Of a stretch of 55,274 nt of DNA, positions 10,038 to 21,860 are shown piece after piece. The notes beneath the pieces were generated by a model. It saw only the letters and a program-made list of their open reading frames with translations, did not search any database and was not told the DNA's origin. A program made the translations under genes and the position numbers. The stretch is taken from positions 132,045 through 187,318 of the forward strand of contig JADFXQ010000001.1 of NCBI GenBank assembly GCA_015233495.1. The letters are read 5' to 3'. Source of the stretch: Candidatus Omnitrophota bacterium (lineage in GTDB: Bacteria > Omnitrophota > Gorgyraeia > Zapsychrales > Zapsychraceae). Each line of letters starts with the position of its first letter. Position 1 is the first letter of the stretch.

Positions 10038-10133
10038 AATTAAACAAATTTATTAAACGACCTATTCAATAGCAATTCCGCGCGCCTTTACACAATCACG
10101 ATACTACATTATATGCCGAAGTTTTTTAATTTA

Positions 10134-10175
10134 AAAAACCTACGCTCCCAATAACCGGGGGTGTAGGTTTTTATT
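10134..10175 (+). terminator. Hairpin with T-tract, possible intrinsic terminator
   Basis: AAAAACCTACGCTCCC / GGGGGTGTAGGTTTTT. The stem pairs best (G-U) as plus-strand RNA, i.e. antisense to the pur genes. Confidence 0.45.
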
Positions 10176-10177
10176 TC

Positions 10178-10250
10178 GGGGACACAAACTTAATTCAGCG
10201 CGACATTTCTTTGTCTTGGAGCTTTTACCCCGAATTAAGTGTATGTCCCC
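10178..10250. repeat. Short IR element, copy 1 (REPIN/MITE-like)
   Basis: GGGGACACAAACTTAATTC (10178-10196) and GAATTAAGTGTATGTCCCC (10232-10250). A related copy lies at 12548-12622. Confidence 0.7.
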
Positions 10251-10255
10251 ATAAT

Positions 10256-10966
10256 TCAACTCTTGCCGCTCACCCGCTTCAACACTTCCTGATACGCCTC
10301 CTCGACATTGCCTAAGTCGTGGCGGAACCGGTCCTTATCCAATTTCCGGCCCGTGCCCACTTCCCATAACCGGCAAGTGTCCGGCGAAATCTCATCCGCC
10401 AAAATAATCTTGCCTTTACAATCGCCGAATTCGAGCTTGAAATCAATCAAATCCAAATTCAAGGCTTGAAAAAAATCCAGCATCAGCTCATTAATGCGAA
10501 AAGAATAATATTTCAATTTCTCCAAAGCCTCATCCGTAGCCAAACGCAAAGCGCGGATATGACTTTCATTTATCAAAGGATCGTTCAAATCATCACGCTT
10601 AAAACAAAATTCCTGCACCGGGCAAAAAAGCGCCGAACCCTCTTCCAAACCCAGATTGCGGCACAAAGAACCGGCGGCCCGGTTGCGCACAATCACCTCG
10701 AGCGGCACAATCTTCACCCGTTTGACCAACATTTCCCGGTCGCTCAGCATTTTTTCAAAATGCGTCGGGATATTGTTGGCCTCCAGATATTCAAAAACCT
10801 TGGCGGAAATCTTGTTGTTCACAATCCCTTTTTCCAGCACCGTGCCGCGTTTCTGCGCGTTAAACGCGGTCGCGTCATCCTTAAAATACTGGATCACAAA
10901 ATCCGGGTTGTCAGTTTCATAAATTATCTTGGCTTTGCCTTCGTAGATTTTCTTTCCCTTTTGCAT
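10256..10966 (-). CDS. purC: SAICAR synthetase
   Basis: IYEGKAK, FKDDATAFN, PLEVIVRN.AAGS, DFKLEFG, LADEISPDTCRLW and LDKDRFR motifs. Start placed at ATG 10966. Confidence 0.98.
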   Translation of the reverse strand: MQKGKKIYEGKAKIIYETDNPDFVIQYFKDDATAFNAQKRGTVLEKGIVNNKISAKVFEYLEANNIPTHFEKMLSDREMLVKRVKIVPLEVIVRNRAAGSLCRNLGLEEGSALFCPVQEFCFKRDDLNDPLINESHIRALRLATDEALEKLKYYSFRINELMLDFFQALNLDLIDFKLEFGDCKGKIILADEISPDTCRLWEVGTGRKLDKDRFRHDLGNVEEAYQEVLKRVSGKS

Positions 10967-11011
10967 AAAGCTTCCTTTACACCTCGACACTTCCGGAAAG
11001 CGCCGATTTTG

Positions 11012-12307
11012 TTATTTAATCCCAACGCGTTTAAAAATTCGGTCAATATGCCGCGTGTAATATTTGATATCGAAACACATATCAATCTCTTCGGTTTTCA
11101 TATACTTACGAACCCGACGATCCCGATTTAACGCGTCTTTAAACTCCGAAGTTTCTTGCCAAACTTCCATCGCGCATTTTTGAATAATATCGTATGCCTC
11201 TTCGCGCGTGAGCCCTTTCTTCATCAATTCCAACAAGACCCGCTGGGAATAAATCAAGCCGCGGGTTTTGCTCAAATTTTGAATCATATTTTTCGGATAC
11301 ACCAGCAAACCTTCCAAAATCGGCGTGATCTTGTGGAACATATAATCCAAAGCGATCGCGCTGTCCGGAAGAATAATTCTCTCGACGGATGAATGGCTGA
11401 TGTCGCGTTCGTGCCAAAGCGTCATGTCTTCAAAAGCCGCCTGGGCATTGGCCCGCAAGATGCGCGACAAACCGGAAATGCGTTCGCAAATCACCGGGTT
11501 GCGTTTATGCGGCATCGCCGAGGAACCGATTTGACCTTTAAAAAACGGCTCTTCCGCTTCGAGAATTTCCGTTTCTTGCAACAGGCGGATCTCCGTGGCA
11601 ATTTTATTCAGCGTCCCTGCCACCAAAGCCAGGGTCGTCACATATTGACAATGATGATCCCGGGAAATCACTTGCGTGGCCGCGTTGACCGGTTTTAAAT
11701 TCAATTTTTCGCAAACGAATTCCTCGACGGACGGATCAATATTCGCGAAAGTGCCCACCGCGCCGGATAGCTTGCCGTAGCGGATCATCTCCCGGGCCGA
11801 TTCGAGGCGCTCCAAATTGCGGCGCGTTTCGTCATACCAATTGGCTAATTTTAAACCAAAAGTCATCGGCTCAGCGTGCACCCCGTGGGTGCGGGCGATG
11901 CAAACCGTATCCTGATATTTTTTCGCTTTTTGTTTCAAGATCAGCATGAGCTTCTTGATGTCGCCGATCAAAATATCGCTCGCCTCCACGCACTGGACGG
12001 ACAAAGCCGTGTCCAAAAGGTCCGACGAGGTCAAACCCATATGCAGATAGCGCGAATCCTCGCCGATGCTCTGACCGACATTGTAAACAAAAGCCACCAT
12101 GTCATGTTTGGTCCGTTCTTCAATCCGTTTCATTTCTTCAATATCAAACTTGGCGTTCTTGCGGATGTTTTCCATGGATTTTTTCGGGACAATCCCGATC
12201 TTAGCCATGGCTTCGCACGCTAAAACTTCGATCTGGAGCATGATCTCCAGTTTATGATGCTCCGACCACACTGTGCCCATTTTGGAAAGGGTATAGCGAT
12301 CAATCAT
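11012..12307 (-). CDS. purB: Adenylosuccinate lyase
   Basis: MIDRY, H.GLTSSD, RTHGVHAEP.TFG, GSSAMPHKRNP and LWHERDISHSS.ER motifs. AAGGAG RBS upstream. Confidence 0.98.
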   Translation of the reverse strand: MIDRYTLSKMGTVWSEHHKLEIMLQIEVLACEAMAKIGIVPKKSMENIRKNAKFDIEEMKRIEERTKHDMVAFVYNVGQSIGEDSRYLHMGLTSSDLLDTALSVQCVEASDILIGDIKKLMLILKQKAKKYQDTVCIARTHGVHAEPMTFGLKLANWYDETRRNLERLESAREMIRYGKLSGAVGTFANIDPSVEEFVCEKLNLKPVNAATQVISRDHHCQYVTTLALVAGTLNKIATEIRLLQETEILEAEEPFFKGQIGSSAMPHKRNPVICERISGLSRILRANAQAAFEDMTLWHERDISHSSVERIILPDSAIALDYMFHKITPILEGLLVYPKNMIQNLSKTRGLIYSQRVLLELMKKGLTREEAYDIIQKCAMEVWQETSEFKDALNRDRRVRKYMKTEEIDMCFDIKYYTRHIDRIFKRVGIK

Positions 12308-12434
12308 AAAACCGGCTCCTTTAGTAAATGAATCAGATTAAACAACGATATACGGCGAGGGGTAAAAAATGCTAAGACCATAAGAATAATGACGTTTGGA
12401 AAAAAATCGCAACCTAACCCCTAAGCACTGGGAT

Positions 12435-12463
12435 AATATAGCAGAGAAAAAAATCCTGGTCAA
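12435..12463 (-). promoter_or_regulatory. Putative sigma70 promoter of the pur operon
   Basis: Minus strand TTGACC-17 nt-TATATT with an extended -10 TG, about 125 nt upstream of purB. Confidence 0.6.
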
Positions 12464-12547
12464 ACAAAATCAGCCAACTCGGCATAAATTTTTTATCTAT
12501 TTTTATGTAACTATAATTTTTTCAATAAGTTATGAATATGAAATTAT

Positions 12548-12622
12548 GGAGATATGCACTTAATTCGTCTGAAAGTTATGGGTGATTTATTGCGTTTTTT
12601 CACCGAATTACTCCATGTCCCC
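12548..12622. repeat. Short IR element, copy 2 (REPIN/MITE-like)
   Basis: GGAGATATGCACTTAATTCG ... CGAATTACTCCATGTCCCC. The left arm matches the reverse complement of 10231-10256 at 23/26 positions. Confidence 0.65.
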
Positions 12623-12631
12623 GTACCCCGC

Positions 12632-13039
12632 CTACTGCCCGGCATCCGGCTTCTTTGCCCCACCTAATTTTTCCTGAAAATACTTTCCCACCGCTTCCAT
12701 AGAGGCTTGGGCAATGCGCGGCGTTGTTTGCAAAATTTTCTTGCCCAAATCGCTTTGATAAAAATCAATCAAACCGGACAGTTCTTTTTCCGAAAATTCA
12801 TTTTCATACAACGGCGCGATCACCGCGATGATCTCGTCCACATTGAGTAATTTCGTCAACTGCGGCTGCTGGGCTTGGGGCGTCTGGGCGATAAATCCCG
12901 CGACATTCTTGCGCATGATCTCCTGAGTGCCGTTAACGTTAAGCAATTTCATCACCAGTTCATGCTTGGTCGACGGGATCTGAGCAAATGCCGGAACAGT
13001 AAAGACCAACAACCCGATAATCCATAAAAATTTTTTCAT
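12632..13039 (-). CDS. Secreted DUF2059-like protein
   Basis: Signal peptide (MKKFLWIIGLLVFTVPAFA) and the Y...FSEKEL..LIDFYQSDLGKK motif. Confidence 0.8.
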   Translation of the reverse strand: MKKFLWIIGLLVFTVPAFAQIPSTKHELVMKLLNVNGTQEIMRKNVAGFIAQTPQAQQPQLTKLLNVDEIIAVIAPLYENEFSEKELSGLIDFYQSDLGKKILQTTPRIAQASMEAVGKYFQEKLGGAKKPDAGQ

Positions 13040-13245
13040 ATCGTCCTTTCGATTATTATAAATTTACTTAAAAAAGATTAACCTAAAAAAGGCATGCTGT
13101 CACGGTTAATGTTTACAGAACAGCCGCGGGATAAAAATCAATAATCCTATACGGCGCTGCCGATTTTTTATGCCTATAACTGACGACAAACGCCCGCCAT
13201 TCCTTGCGCTTGATTCCCGCGCTTCGCTATGTTACCATAACGCCC

Positions 13246-14307
13246 ATGATCGCAAACTTACAGCGGCGCATTGAAAAAAGTATCGCGGATTTTACCGAAC
13301 GCATTTACCGCGAATATCAATTCCATTTGATCCCGCCGGGATTATATGAAAATATCCGCGAATATTCCCTGCGGCGGGGCAAACGTATCCGGCCGATACT
13401 CGTGCTGTTGAGTTACCAAGGGTATAACCCCGCGAACCGCGTGCCTTCCTCTTTATATCAGGCCGCCACCTGCATGGAATATCTGCACAATTTCATGCTG
13501 ATCCACGACGACATTATCGACAACTCCGACCTGCGCCGCGGCAAGCCGACCATGCACAAGGGCTTAAGCCGGATCATCGCTTCGGATAATCCCGACGAAC
13601 TTGGCAAAAGTTTAGCCATCATTGCCGGCGATATTATCTATGCCCTGGCGATTGACGCCTTTCTCTCGATCAACGTTGACAGCCGCCGCAAGGAAAAAGC
13701 GCTCAAATATTTCGTGCAAACCGCCGCTTTCACGGCCATGGGCGAGTTCGTCGATACCATACACGGCGTAGCCGCGGTTGATCAAATCCGCGAAAAAGAT
13801 GTGTTTCTCAATTATGACTTAAAAACTGCGCGCTATACGTTTGACTGCCCGTTGGTAATCGGCGCGATTTTAGCCGGCGCGCCCGCCGTGGAAATTAAAA
13901 AATTGAGCCACATCGGCTTGCTCATCGGAGAGGCCTTTCAAATCCAGGACGACGTGATCGGCATATTTGACACGGAAGAAAATATCGGCAAGCCGATTTT
14001 AAGCGACCTCGCGGAGTCGAAAAAAACCCTGTTGGTCGCCCACGCCCAGGCCCACATGACCGCCTCCGCCCGGAAACAATTTAACGCGATTTTTACCAAA
14101 CCGGCCAAGACCGCTGCCGACCTGGACGCCATCCGCGCCTTGTTCAAAGCGGCCGGCAGTTTGGATTATTGTTTGCGATTAACGGAAGACCGGCTCGTTC
14201 AAGCCAAAAAAGAAATTCTCACCCTGCGTATGCGGCCGGCAGTAAAAAAAATTATTTTGGAAACGGTCGGCAAAATTTTTAAAAAAAGCGCTGCTTCCGC
14301 ATTTTAA
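13246..14307 (+). CDS. Polyprenyl (geranylgeranyl) diphosphate synthase
   Basis: GKRIRP, FARM LIHDDIIDNSDLRRGKP, KTA.Y and SARM FQIQDD motifs. Start placed at ATG 13246. Confidence 0.93.
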   Translation: MIANLQRRIEKSIADFTERIYREYQFHLIPPGLYENIREYSLRRGKRIRPILVLLSYQGYNPANRVPSSLYQAATCMEYLHNFMLIHDDIIDNSDLRRGKPTMHKGLSRIIASDNPDELGKSLAIIAGDIIYALAIDAFLSINVDSRRKEKALKYFVQTAAFTAMGEFVDTIHGVAAVDQIREKDVFLNYDLKTARYTFDCPLVIGAILAGAPAVEIKKLSHIGLLIGEAFQIQDDVIGIFDTEENIGKPILSDLAESKKTLLVAHAQAHMTASARKQFNAIFTKPAKTAADLDAIRALFKAAGSLDYCLRLTEDRLVQAKKEILTLRMRPAVKKIILETVGKIFKKSAASAF

Positions 14308-14389
14308 TCGCTGTCCACATCTCAAATGCCATTTAGCGCAAAAGACAGCAAATTCATCCGGACATCCCTTAAGCCGAGGATATATCCTT

Positions 14390-15496
14390 TTATAGCAACC
14401 GCCGGCTGATTTCATCGAGCAGAAAAAGCCCGCGCCGCGTAACCCGCAGCATTTTTCCGGACCGCGACAATAATCCTGCAACGCTAAACGCCTCTATCCG
14501 CTCCCGCGTCGCCGGGTCCCAAACACATCCGATTGATTTTTCCACAGCCTCCATATCTATACCGGCCATTTTACGCAAGCCAAAAACGAGGCTTTCCTTT
14601 AATCTTTGTTCCGGGGTCAGATATTCCTCACCGGCGAGCGCGCTGTTTTCGGCGCGCATCCGTTTGAAATATTTTAAAAAAACCGGTTCATTCCAAAAAC
14701 GATGGCCGTCGAGATGCGAATGCGCCGAGGCGCCTAACCCGATATAATTCCCGCCCTCCCAATAATTCAAATTATGCCGCGCAGCAAAACCCGGTTTGGC
14801 AAAATTACTCACCTCGTAATGCGCGTATCCCGCCGCGGTCAACTCATCGATGATCTCGCCAAAGAATAAGGTTTGCTTTTCTGGCGATGCCGCGCTGACC
14901 TTATCGCGAAAAAAACGGCTGCCCGGTTCCACCGTAAGGGCGTATAAAGATACGTGCTCCGGCGACAAAACTAAAGTTTTTTTTAGATCATCGATCAATG
15001 CCCGCCTCGTCTGTCCGCTAAACCCGAACAACAAATCCAGACTGATATTTTTAAACCCCGCGTTCCGCGCCGCCGCGAACGCTCGAAGGGTAATATCCGC
15101 GGAATGCCGCCTGCCCAAATTCCGTAAACGCCGGTCATCCCAGGTCTGCGCGCCTATGCTCAAACGATTCACGCCGCAGCGCGACAGAACTTCGGCGGTG
15201 ACGCGGCTAAAATGTTCCGGATTAATTTCAAAAGAAATTTCCGCGTTTTTATCAAAGCTAAATATCGAACGCAGCCCGGCGAACAACGCGGAGATTTGCG
15301 CGTCCGTTAGCTGAGAAGGCGAGCCGCCTCCGACGTAAACCGTGCCAATCCGCGCCCCCGCGTAAGACTGCCCTTCAACAACCAAATCGTCTAAATAGGC
15401 ATCGGCTTTTGCCTCTTGCCCGACGCAGACCGCGAAAGAGCAATAAAAACATTTAGCCGGACAAAACGGAATATGGACATATAAACCCGTTTTCAA
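14390..15496 (-). CDS. hemW: Radical SAM heme chaperone HemW (HemN-like)
   Basis: LYVHIPFCPAKCFYC (CX3CX2C), YEVSNF and HN.NYW motifs. Start placed at TTG 15496; the ORF-track extension to 15631 reads through an A/T-tract promoter region. Confidence 0.9.
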   Translation of the reverse strand: MKTGLYVHIPFCPAKCFYCSFAVCVGQEAKADAYLDDLVVEGQSYAGARIGTVYVGGGSPSQLTDAQISALFAGLRSIFSFDKNAEISFEINPEHFSRVTAEVLSRCGVNRLSIGAQTWDDRRLRNLGRRHSADITLRAFAAARNAGFKNISLDLLFGFSGQTRRALIDDLKKTLVLSPEHVSLYALTVEPGSRFFRDKVSAASPEKQTLFFGEIIDELTAAGYAHYEVSNFAKPGFAARHNLNYWEGGNYIGLGASAHSHLDGHRFWNEPVFLKYFKRMRAENSALAGEEYLTPEQRLKESLVFGLRKMAGIDMEAVEKSIGCVWDPATRERIEAFSVAGLLSRSGKMLRVTRRGLFLLDEISRRLL

Positions 15497-15648
15497 AATG
15501 AATTTCGCCTTTCGAAAAATATTTTTTTGTTTTTTTAGCGGCGCTCCGCGCCGATTTTTCCCGCGAATTTTTCCCGTCGAGATTTTCCGGAAAAAATTTA
15601 GAAAAAAATTTTCCCCGCGAAAATAGCGCAAAAAAAATCAAATTTTTT

Positions 15649-15676
15649 TTGCATCAGGCCGCGGTTATGATAACAT
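15649..15676 (+). promoter_or_regulatory. Putative promoter of the small Lys-rich ORF
   Basis: TTGCAT-16 nt-TAACAT with a TGn extension, preceded by repeated A/T tracts (about 15520-15650). Confidence 0.45.
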
Positions 15677-15722
15677 TAAATCAATCACTGCTTCAATAAT
15701 TCTCAAAAAGGAGGATTTAAAA

Positions 15723-15788
15723 ATGGCAGTTAAAAAAGCAGCAAAAAAAGCCGCGAAAAAGACAGTAAAAAAAGCCAAAAAGAAGTAA
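15723..15788 (+). CDS. 21-aa Lys/Ala-rich peptide MAVKKAAKKAAKKTVKKAKKK (histone H1/Hc-like, putative nucleic-acid binding)
   Basis: Below the ORF-track cutoff. Perfect SD AAGGAGG (15708-15714) lies 8 nt before the ATG, and a terminator follows the stop. Confidence 0.8.
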   Translation: MAVKKAAKKAAKKTVKKAKKK

Positions 15789-15804
15789 ACGCGGGCTTAA
15801 CCAT

Positions 15805-15844
15805 CAATAAAAAACCCTTCGAGAAATCGAAGGGTTTTTTATTG
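15805..15844. terminator. Bidirectional intrinsic terminator
   Basis: CAATAAAAAACCCTTCGA-GAAA-TCGAAGGGTTTTTTATTG, an 18-bp perfect IR between convergent genes. Confidence 0.9.
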
Positions 15845-15889
15845 CCCAAAAAACCTCCGGGGTTCTGCGATCTCCCGGGGATTTTTCAC

Positions 15890-16195
15890 TTACTTTTTCT
15901 TCGAAGCAGGCTTTTTCGTTGCTTTGCACCCGCAGCCTGATTTACACGAAGACTTTGCTGCTGTTTTTTTCACGGCCATTTTTTTCTCCTTTTCTGGTTT
16001 ATTAAAAATCTCCTCATATCGCTTCGGCATATGGTATTTCATCCAACCCATGGCGTGCAGCCGCAGCCATTCGTCCGTAGCTCGCTCAATCCCGATACTA
16101 GCGCCGGCTTTCTGGCTTTCGATCCATAAATGTTTATGAATCTCATCCATCACGGCCTTGTTTTTTAATAACTCTCTGAGAACTTCAATTTTCAT
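15890..16195 (-). CDS. DUF4032-like small protein with Lys-rich C-terminal tail
   Basis: EI.KH.WIES.KAG..IG.E.A..EW motif and strong SD GGAGG. The tail MAVKKTAAKSSCKSGCGCKATKKPASKKK has its own internal SD. Confidence 0.75.
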   Translation of the reverse strand: MKIEVLRELLKNKAVMDEIHKHLWIESQKAGASIGIERATDEWLRLHAMGWMKYHMPKRYEEIFNKPEKEKKMAVKKTAAKSSCKSGCGCKATKKPASKKK

Positions 16196-16260
16196 ATGCG
16201 CTCCCTCCCTTAGGCGGGGCCATTATATCGGTTTTGCCGCGGAAAACCAAACATTTTGCG

Positions 16261-16926
16261 TTATTTTTTCGGTAAAACTACTTTAAAATAATTTCCCGGG
16301 GCATCCGCCAAGTTTCCCGAAACCGGTTTGACTTTACTGACAACGTCCTGGGCCTGCGTCACCTCAACTTCGCCGATAATTTGATCACCGGAATAAACGG
16401 GCAAACGGTCCCCGACGGATAATTTTTGAGCCGCGCCTAATGTCAGAATATACTCATTCCGCGCCCGGTCATGCCAAAGCGTTCCCTCGGCGCGGGCCCG
16501 CTCCGCTTCACTGTAACGCGACATATCCAAAACGGGGTTTTCCCTAGCCGCAGAAGCTGGAGCCGGCGCAGTGTTTTCCGGTACAGGCGAAGGGACAAGG
16601 GGGACTTTCGGCTCAGCCGAATCCGCAGCAGTTTTCAACTCAGAAGCATCCCGATTTTCCGATCCCGCTACGGCAGTGTCCGCGAGATTGCCGCGGGCCG
16701 GCGCGTCCACTCCCGCTGTAGGTCCGGACGGAGCATCCGCCGGAGCGGCGTTGGATGCTTCCCGCAGTGTCACCGTGGTAATCTGCCGTTTGACCGCAGC
16801 CTGTTTTTTCCGCTGCGCCGCCACTTTGGGCTTAACTTCCAAAACATAAAAAGCGGCCAAGCCAAAAAATAAAGCCAGGGCAATCAAACCATAACCAATC
16901 ACAATTTTGCGAAAATTCTTCTTCAT
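16261..16926 (-). CDS. Hypothetical single-pass membrane protein with Ala/Pro-rich linker and small C-terminal beta domain
   Basis: N-terminal TM helix (IVIGYGLIALALFFGLAAFYVL) and C-terminal LTLG....L.VGD.L.VY motif. Start placed at ATG 16926. Confidence 0.7.
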   Translation of the reverse strand: MKKNFRKIVIGYGLIALALFFGLAAFYVLEVKPKVAAQRKKQAAVKRQITTVTLREASNAAPADAPSGPTAGVDAPARGNLADTAVAGSENRDASELKTAADSAEPKVPLVPSPVPENTAPAPASAARENPVLDMSRYSEAERARAEGTLWHDRARNEYILTLGAAQKLSVGDRLPVYSGDQIIGEVEVTQAQDVVSKVKPVSGNLADAPGNYFKVVLPKK

Positions 16927-16957
16927 AACATCTTCCGCCACGCGCCTGACAAATATT

Positions 16958-18232
16958 TTATCTCTTACCCAGCAGGGCAAACATCTTTTTCTTGTACGCT
17001 TCCACTCCAGGCTGGTCAAACGGATTCACGCCGGATAAATAACCGGAAATCCCCACAGCCCGCTCAAAAAAATAATACAATCTTCCCAAATGTTCCGCGT
17101 CCGACCGGCCGAGGGTGATCGTCATATTCGGCACCCCGCCTTCCGCGTGCGCCGCGGCAGTCGCTATCTGCCCCTGCTTATTAACGTAATCCAAATCTTT
17201 CCCGGCGACAATATTGAATTTGTCCAAATCTTGCGCGTCGAACGGAATTTGTAAAGCGCTCCCCACCCGCGCGATCGAGACGAACGTTTCAAAAATATTG
17301 CGCTCCCCGTCCTGCAGCAATTGACCCATGGAATGTAGATCCGTGGAAAAAATCAAAGACGCCGGAAAAATCCCTTGGCCGTTTTTGCCTTCGCTTTCGC
17401 CGAACAATTGTTTCCACCATTCATTGACCGAAACCATATTATCGTAAAAAGACGCGAGAACTTCGATCTTTTTCCCCTGCTGATAAAGCAGGCGCCGACA
17501 GCCCGCGTATTGATAACACGGATTCGCCGCGATATCCGCAACCGCATAATCTTGTTCCGCTTGCCGCGCCCCCCGGACCAAGGCATGCACGTCCACGCCG
17601 GCGGCCGCCAGCGGAACCAGCCCCACCGGCGTCAATACCGAAAAACGGCCGCCCACATCATCCGGGATGACATAAGTCTGATAACCGTTTTGCGCGGCAA
17701 TTTGCCGCAAGGCCCCTTTTTTTCCGTCGGTGACACAAATAATCCGCTTTTGCAGTTCCGCGCCGGAATATTTCTTAGCCATGAACTCTTTTAAAATGCG
17801 GAAGGCCAAAGCCGGCTCCGTGGTTGTCCCGGATTTGGAAATCACTGCCAAAGTGACATTTTTCTTTTGCAGGGTTTGCAGCAATTCGGCGTGATAATCC
17901 GCGCTCATGTTATGCCCCGCGTAATAAACCGGAAACCCGCCTGCCCCGCGCAAAAATTCCAGTGAGGCGCGTATCCCCAAATAAGAGCCGCCAATTCCGA
18001 TAGTCACCAGACAATCCGAATGCGCCCGCACCGTTTTTCCCAAAGCGGTCAGTTCGTCCAAAAGCGTGTCCGGAATCGACGACGGTAATCGCGTCCAGCC
18101 TAAATAATCATTTCCCAGCCCAGTTTTATCCGTCAAATCCTGATGCGCTTTTTGCAAACGGGGCTGTAAAGCGGCCAAATCCGCGTCTTTCACAAATCCC
18201 TTTAAATTTCCCATATCTAAAGTCAGTCCCAT
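16958..18232 (-). CDS. pgi: Glucose-6-phosphate isomerase
   Basis: IGIGGSYLG, ISKSGTTTEP, VGGRFSVL, QLFGESEGK, TDLHSMGQ and NPFDQPGVEAYKK motifs. Confidence 0.98.
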   Translation of the reverse strand: MGLTLDMGNLKGFVKDADLAALQPRLQKAHQDLTDKTGLGNDYLGWTRLPSSIPDTLLDELTALGKTVRAHSDCLVTIGIGGSYLGIRASLEFLRGAGGFPVYYAGHNMSADYHAELLQTLQKKNVTLAVISKSGTTTEPALAFRILKEFMAKKYSGAELQKRIICVTDGKKGALRQIAAQNGYQTYVIPDDVGGRFSVLTPVGLVPLAAAGVDVHALVRGARQAEQDYAVADIAANPCYQYAGCRRLLYQQGKKIEVLASFYDNMVSVNEWWKQLFGESEGKNGQGIFPASLIFSTDLHSMGQLLQDGERNIFETFVSIARVGSALQIPFDAQDLDKFNIVAGKDLDYVNKQGQIATAAAHAEGGVPNMTITLGRSDAEHLGRLYYFFERAVGISGYLSGVNPFDQPGVEAYKKKMFALLGKR

Positions 18233-18268
18233 TGCTTTCCTTTCATTATATTTTTATAAGCTTTTATA

Positions 18269-21056
<2,788 letters not shown>

Positions 21057-21066
<10 letters not shown>

Positions 21067-21842
21067 GGCGTTTTCCGTAAAAAATCCAGCAGCACATCAT
21101 TGAATTGATGCGGATGACTTAAAAAAGGAAAATGCCCGCAGCGCTCAAAAATATCAAACCGGGCGCCGGGGCATAAAGATTTTAACAATCCCATACTGGA
21201 CAACCCGCAAATCGAATCTTCGGAGCCATTGATGATCTGCGTTGGCACATTCAGCCGGCCGAACACCTGGCGCAAATCGGTTTGCTCGATCACGTCCAAA
21301 TACGCGATCAAAGCCGCGCAATCCGGCGAAGCGTCATAACGGCGAAACCGCTGCAGCCATTTGAACCGGCGGGAAGAACGCTCCGGCATCGTGAACAGCG
21401 AACGGAAAAATATCTGGATGATCGACGGATAATCCGAACGCAATTGTCCTTCCAATTTCCGCAATTGCTCGACGTCCAGACCGTAAGGATAATCCTCGCT
21501 TTTTTTCATGCGCGGCAAAGAACCGACTAAGACGAAACGCTGAACTTGCTGCGGCGCGATATCAAATATTTTCAGACCGACCAGCCCGCCCAAGGAACTG
21601 CCGATAATCGTAGCCCGGCGGATCTGTTCTTTCCTCAGAATCTCCACCATTGCCGCGGCAATCTTCGCTAAGTCAGTAGGCTCCCAAGGCGTTTCGCCAT
21701 GACCCGGCAGATCTGCGCGGATAACGCGGTATTGATCGGAAAAAAATTTCATCTGCTGACGCCAAACCCGCCGGTCAATGCCCCAGCCGTGAATGAATAA
21801 CAACGCTTCGCCGCTTGTCCCGTTGATGTCGTAGCTGTACAT
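21057..21842 (-). CDS. bioH: Pimeloyl-ACP methyl ester esterase, BioH-like alpha/beta hydrolase
   Basis: FIHGWG, DLPGHG, GSSLGG (GxSxG) and GH.PFLSHP motifs. Lies between bioF and bioC. Confidence 0.85.
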
Positions 21843-21860
21843 GGGCGCCTTTTTATAAGG

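Noticed and set aside
12308..12430. Possible purine or ZTP riboswitch in the purB leader
   Set aside because: I could not find the conserved aptamer motifs by eye; only a short AGGGGT/ACCCCT pairing. An Rfam scan would settle it.
14390..15496. Radical SAM gene as the missing bioB
   Set aside because: Its motifs (LYVHIPFC, YEVSNF, HNLNYW) are HemW-type, and it lies outside the bio operon.
15497..15631. N-terminal extension of hemW in the ORF track
   Set aside because: Low-complexity K/F/N-rich translation of an A/T-tract promoter region. HemW homology begins at about LKTGLYVHIPFC.
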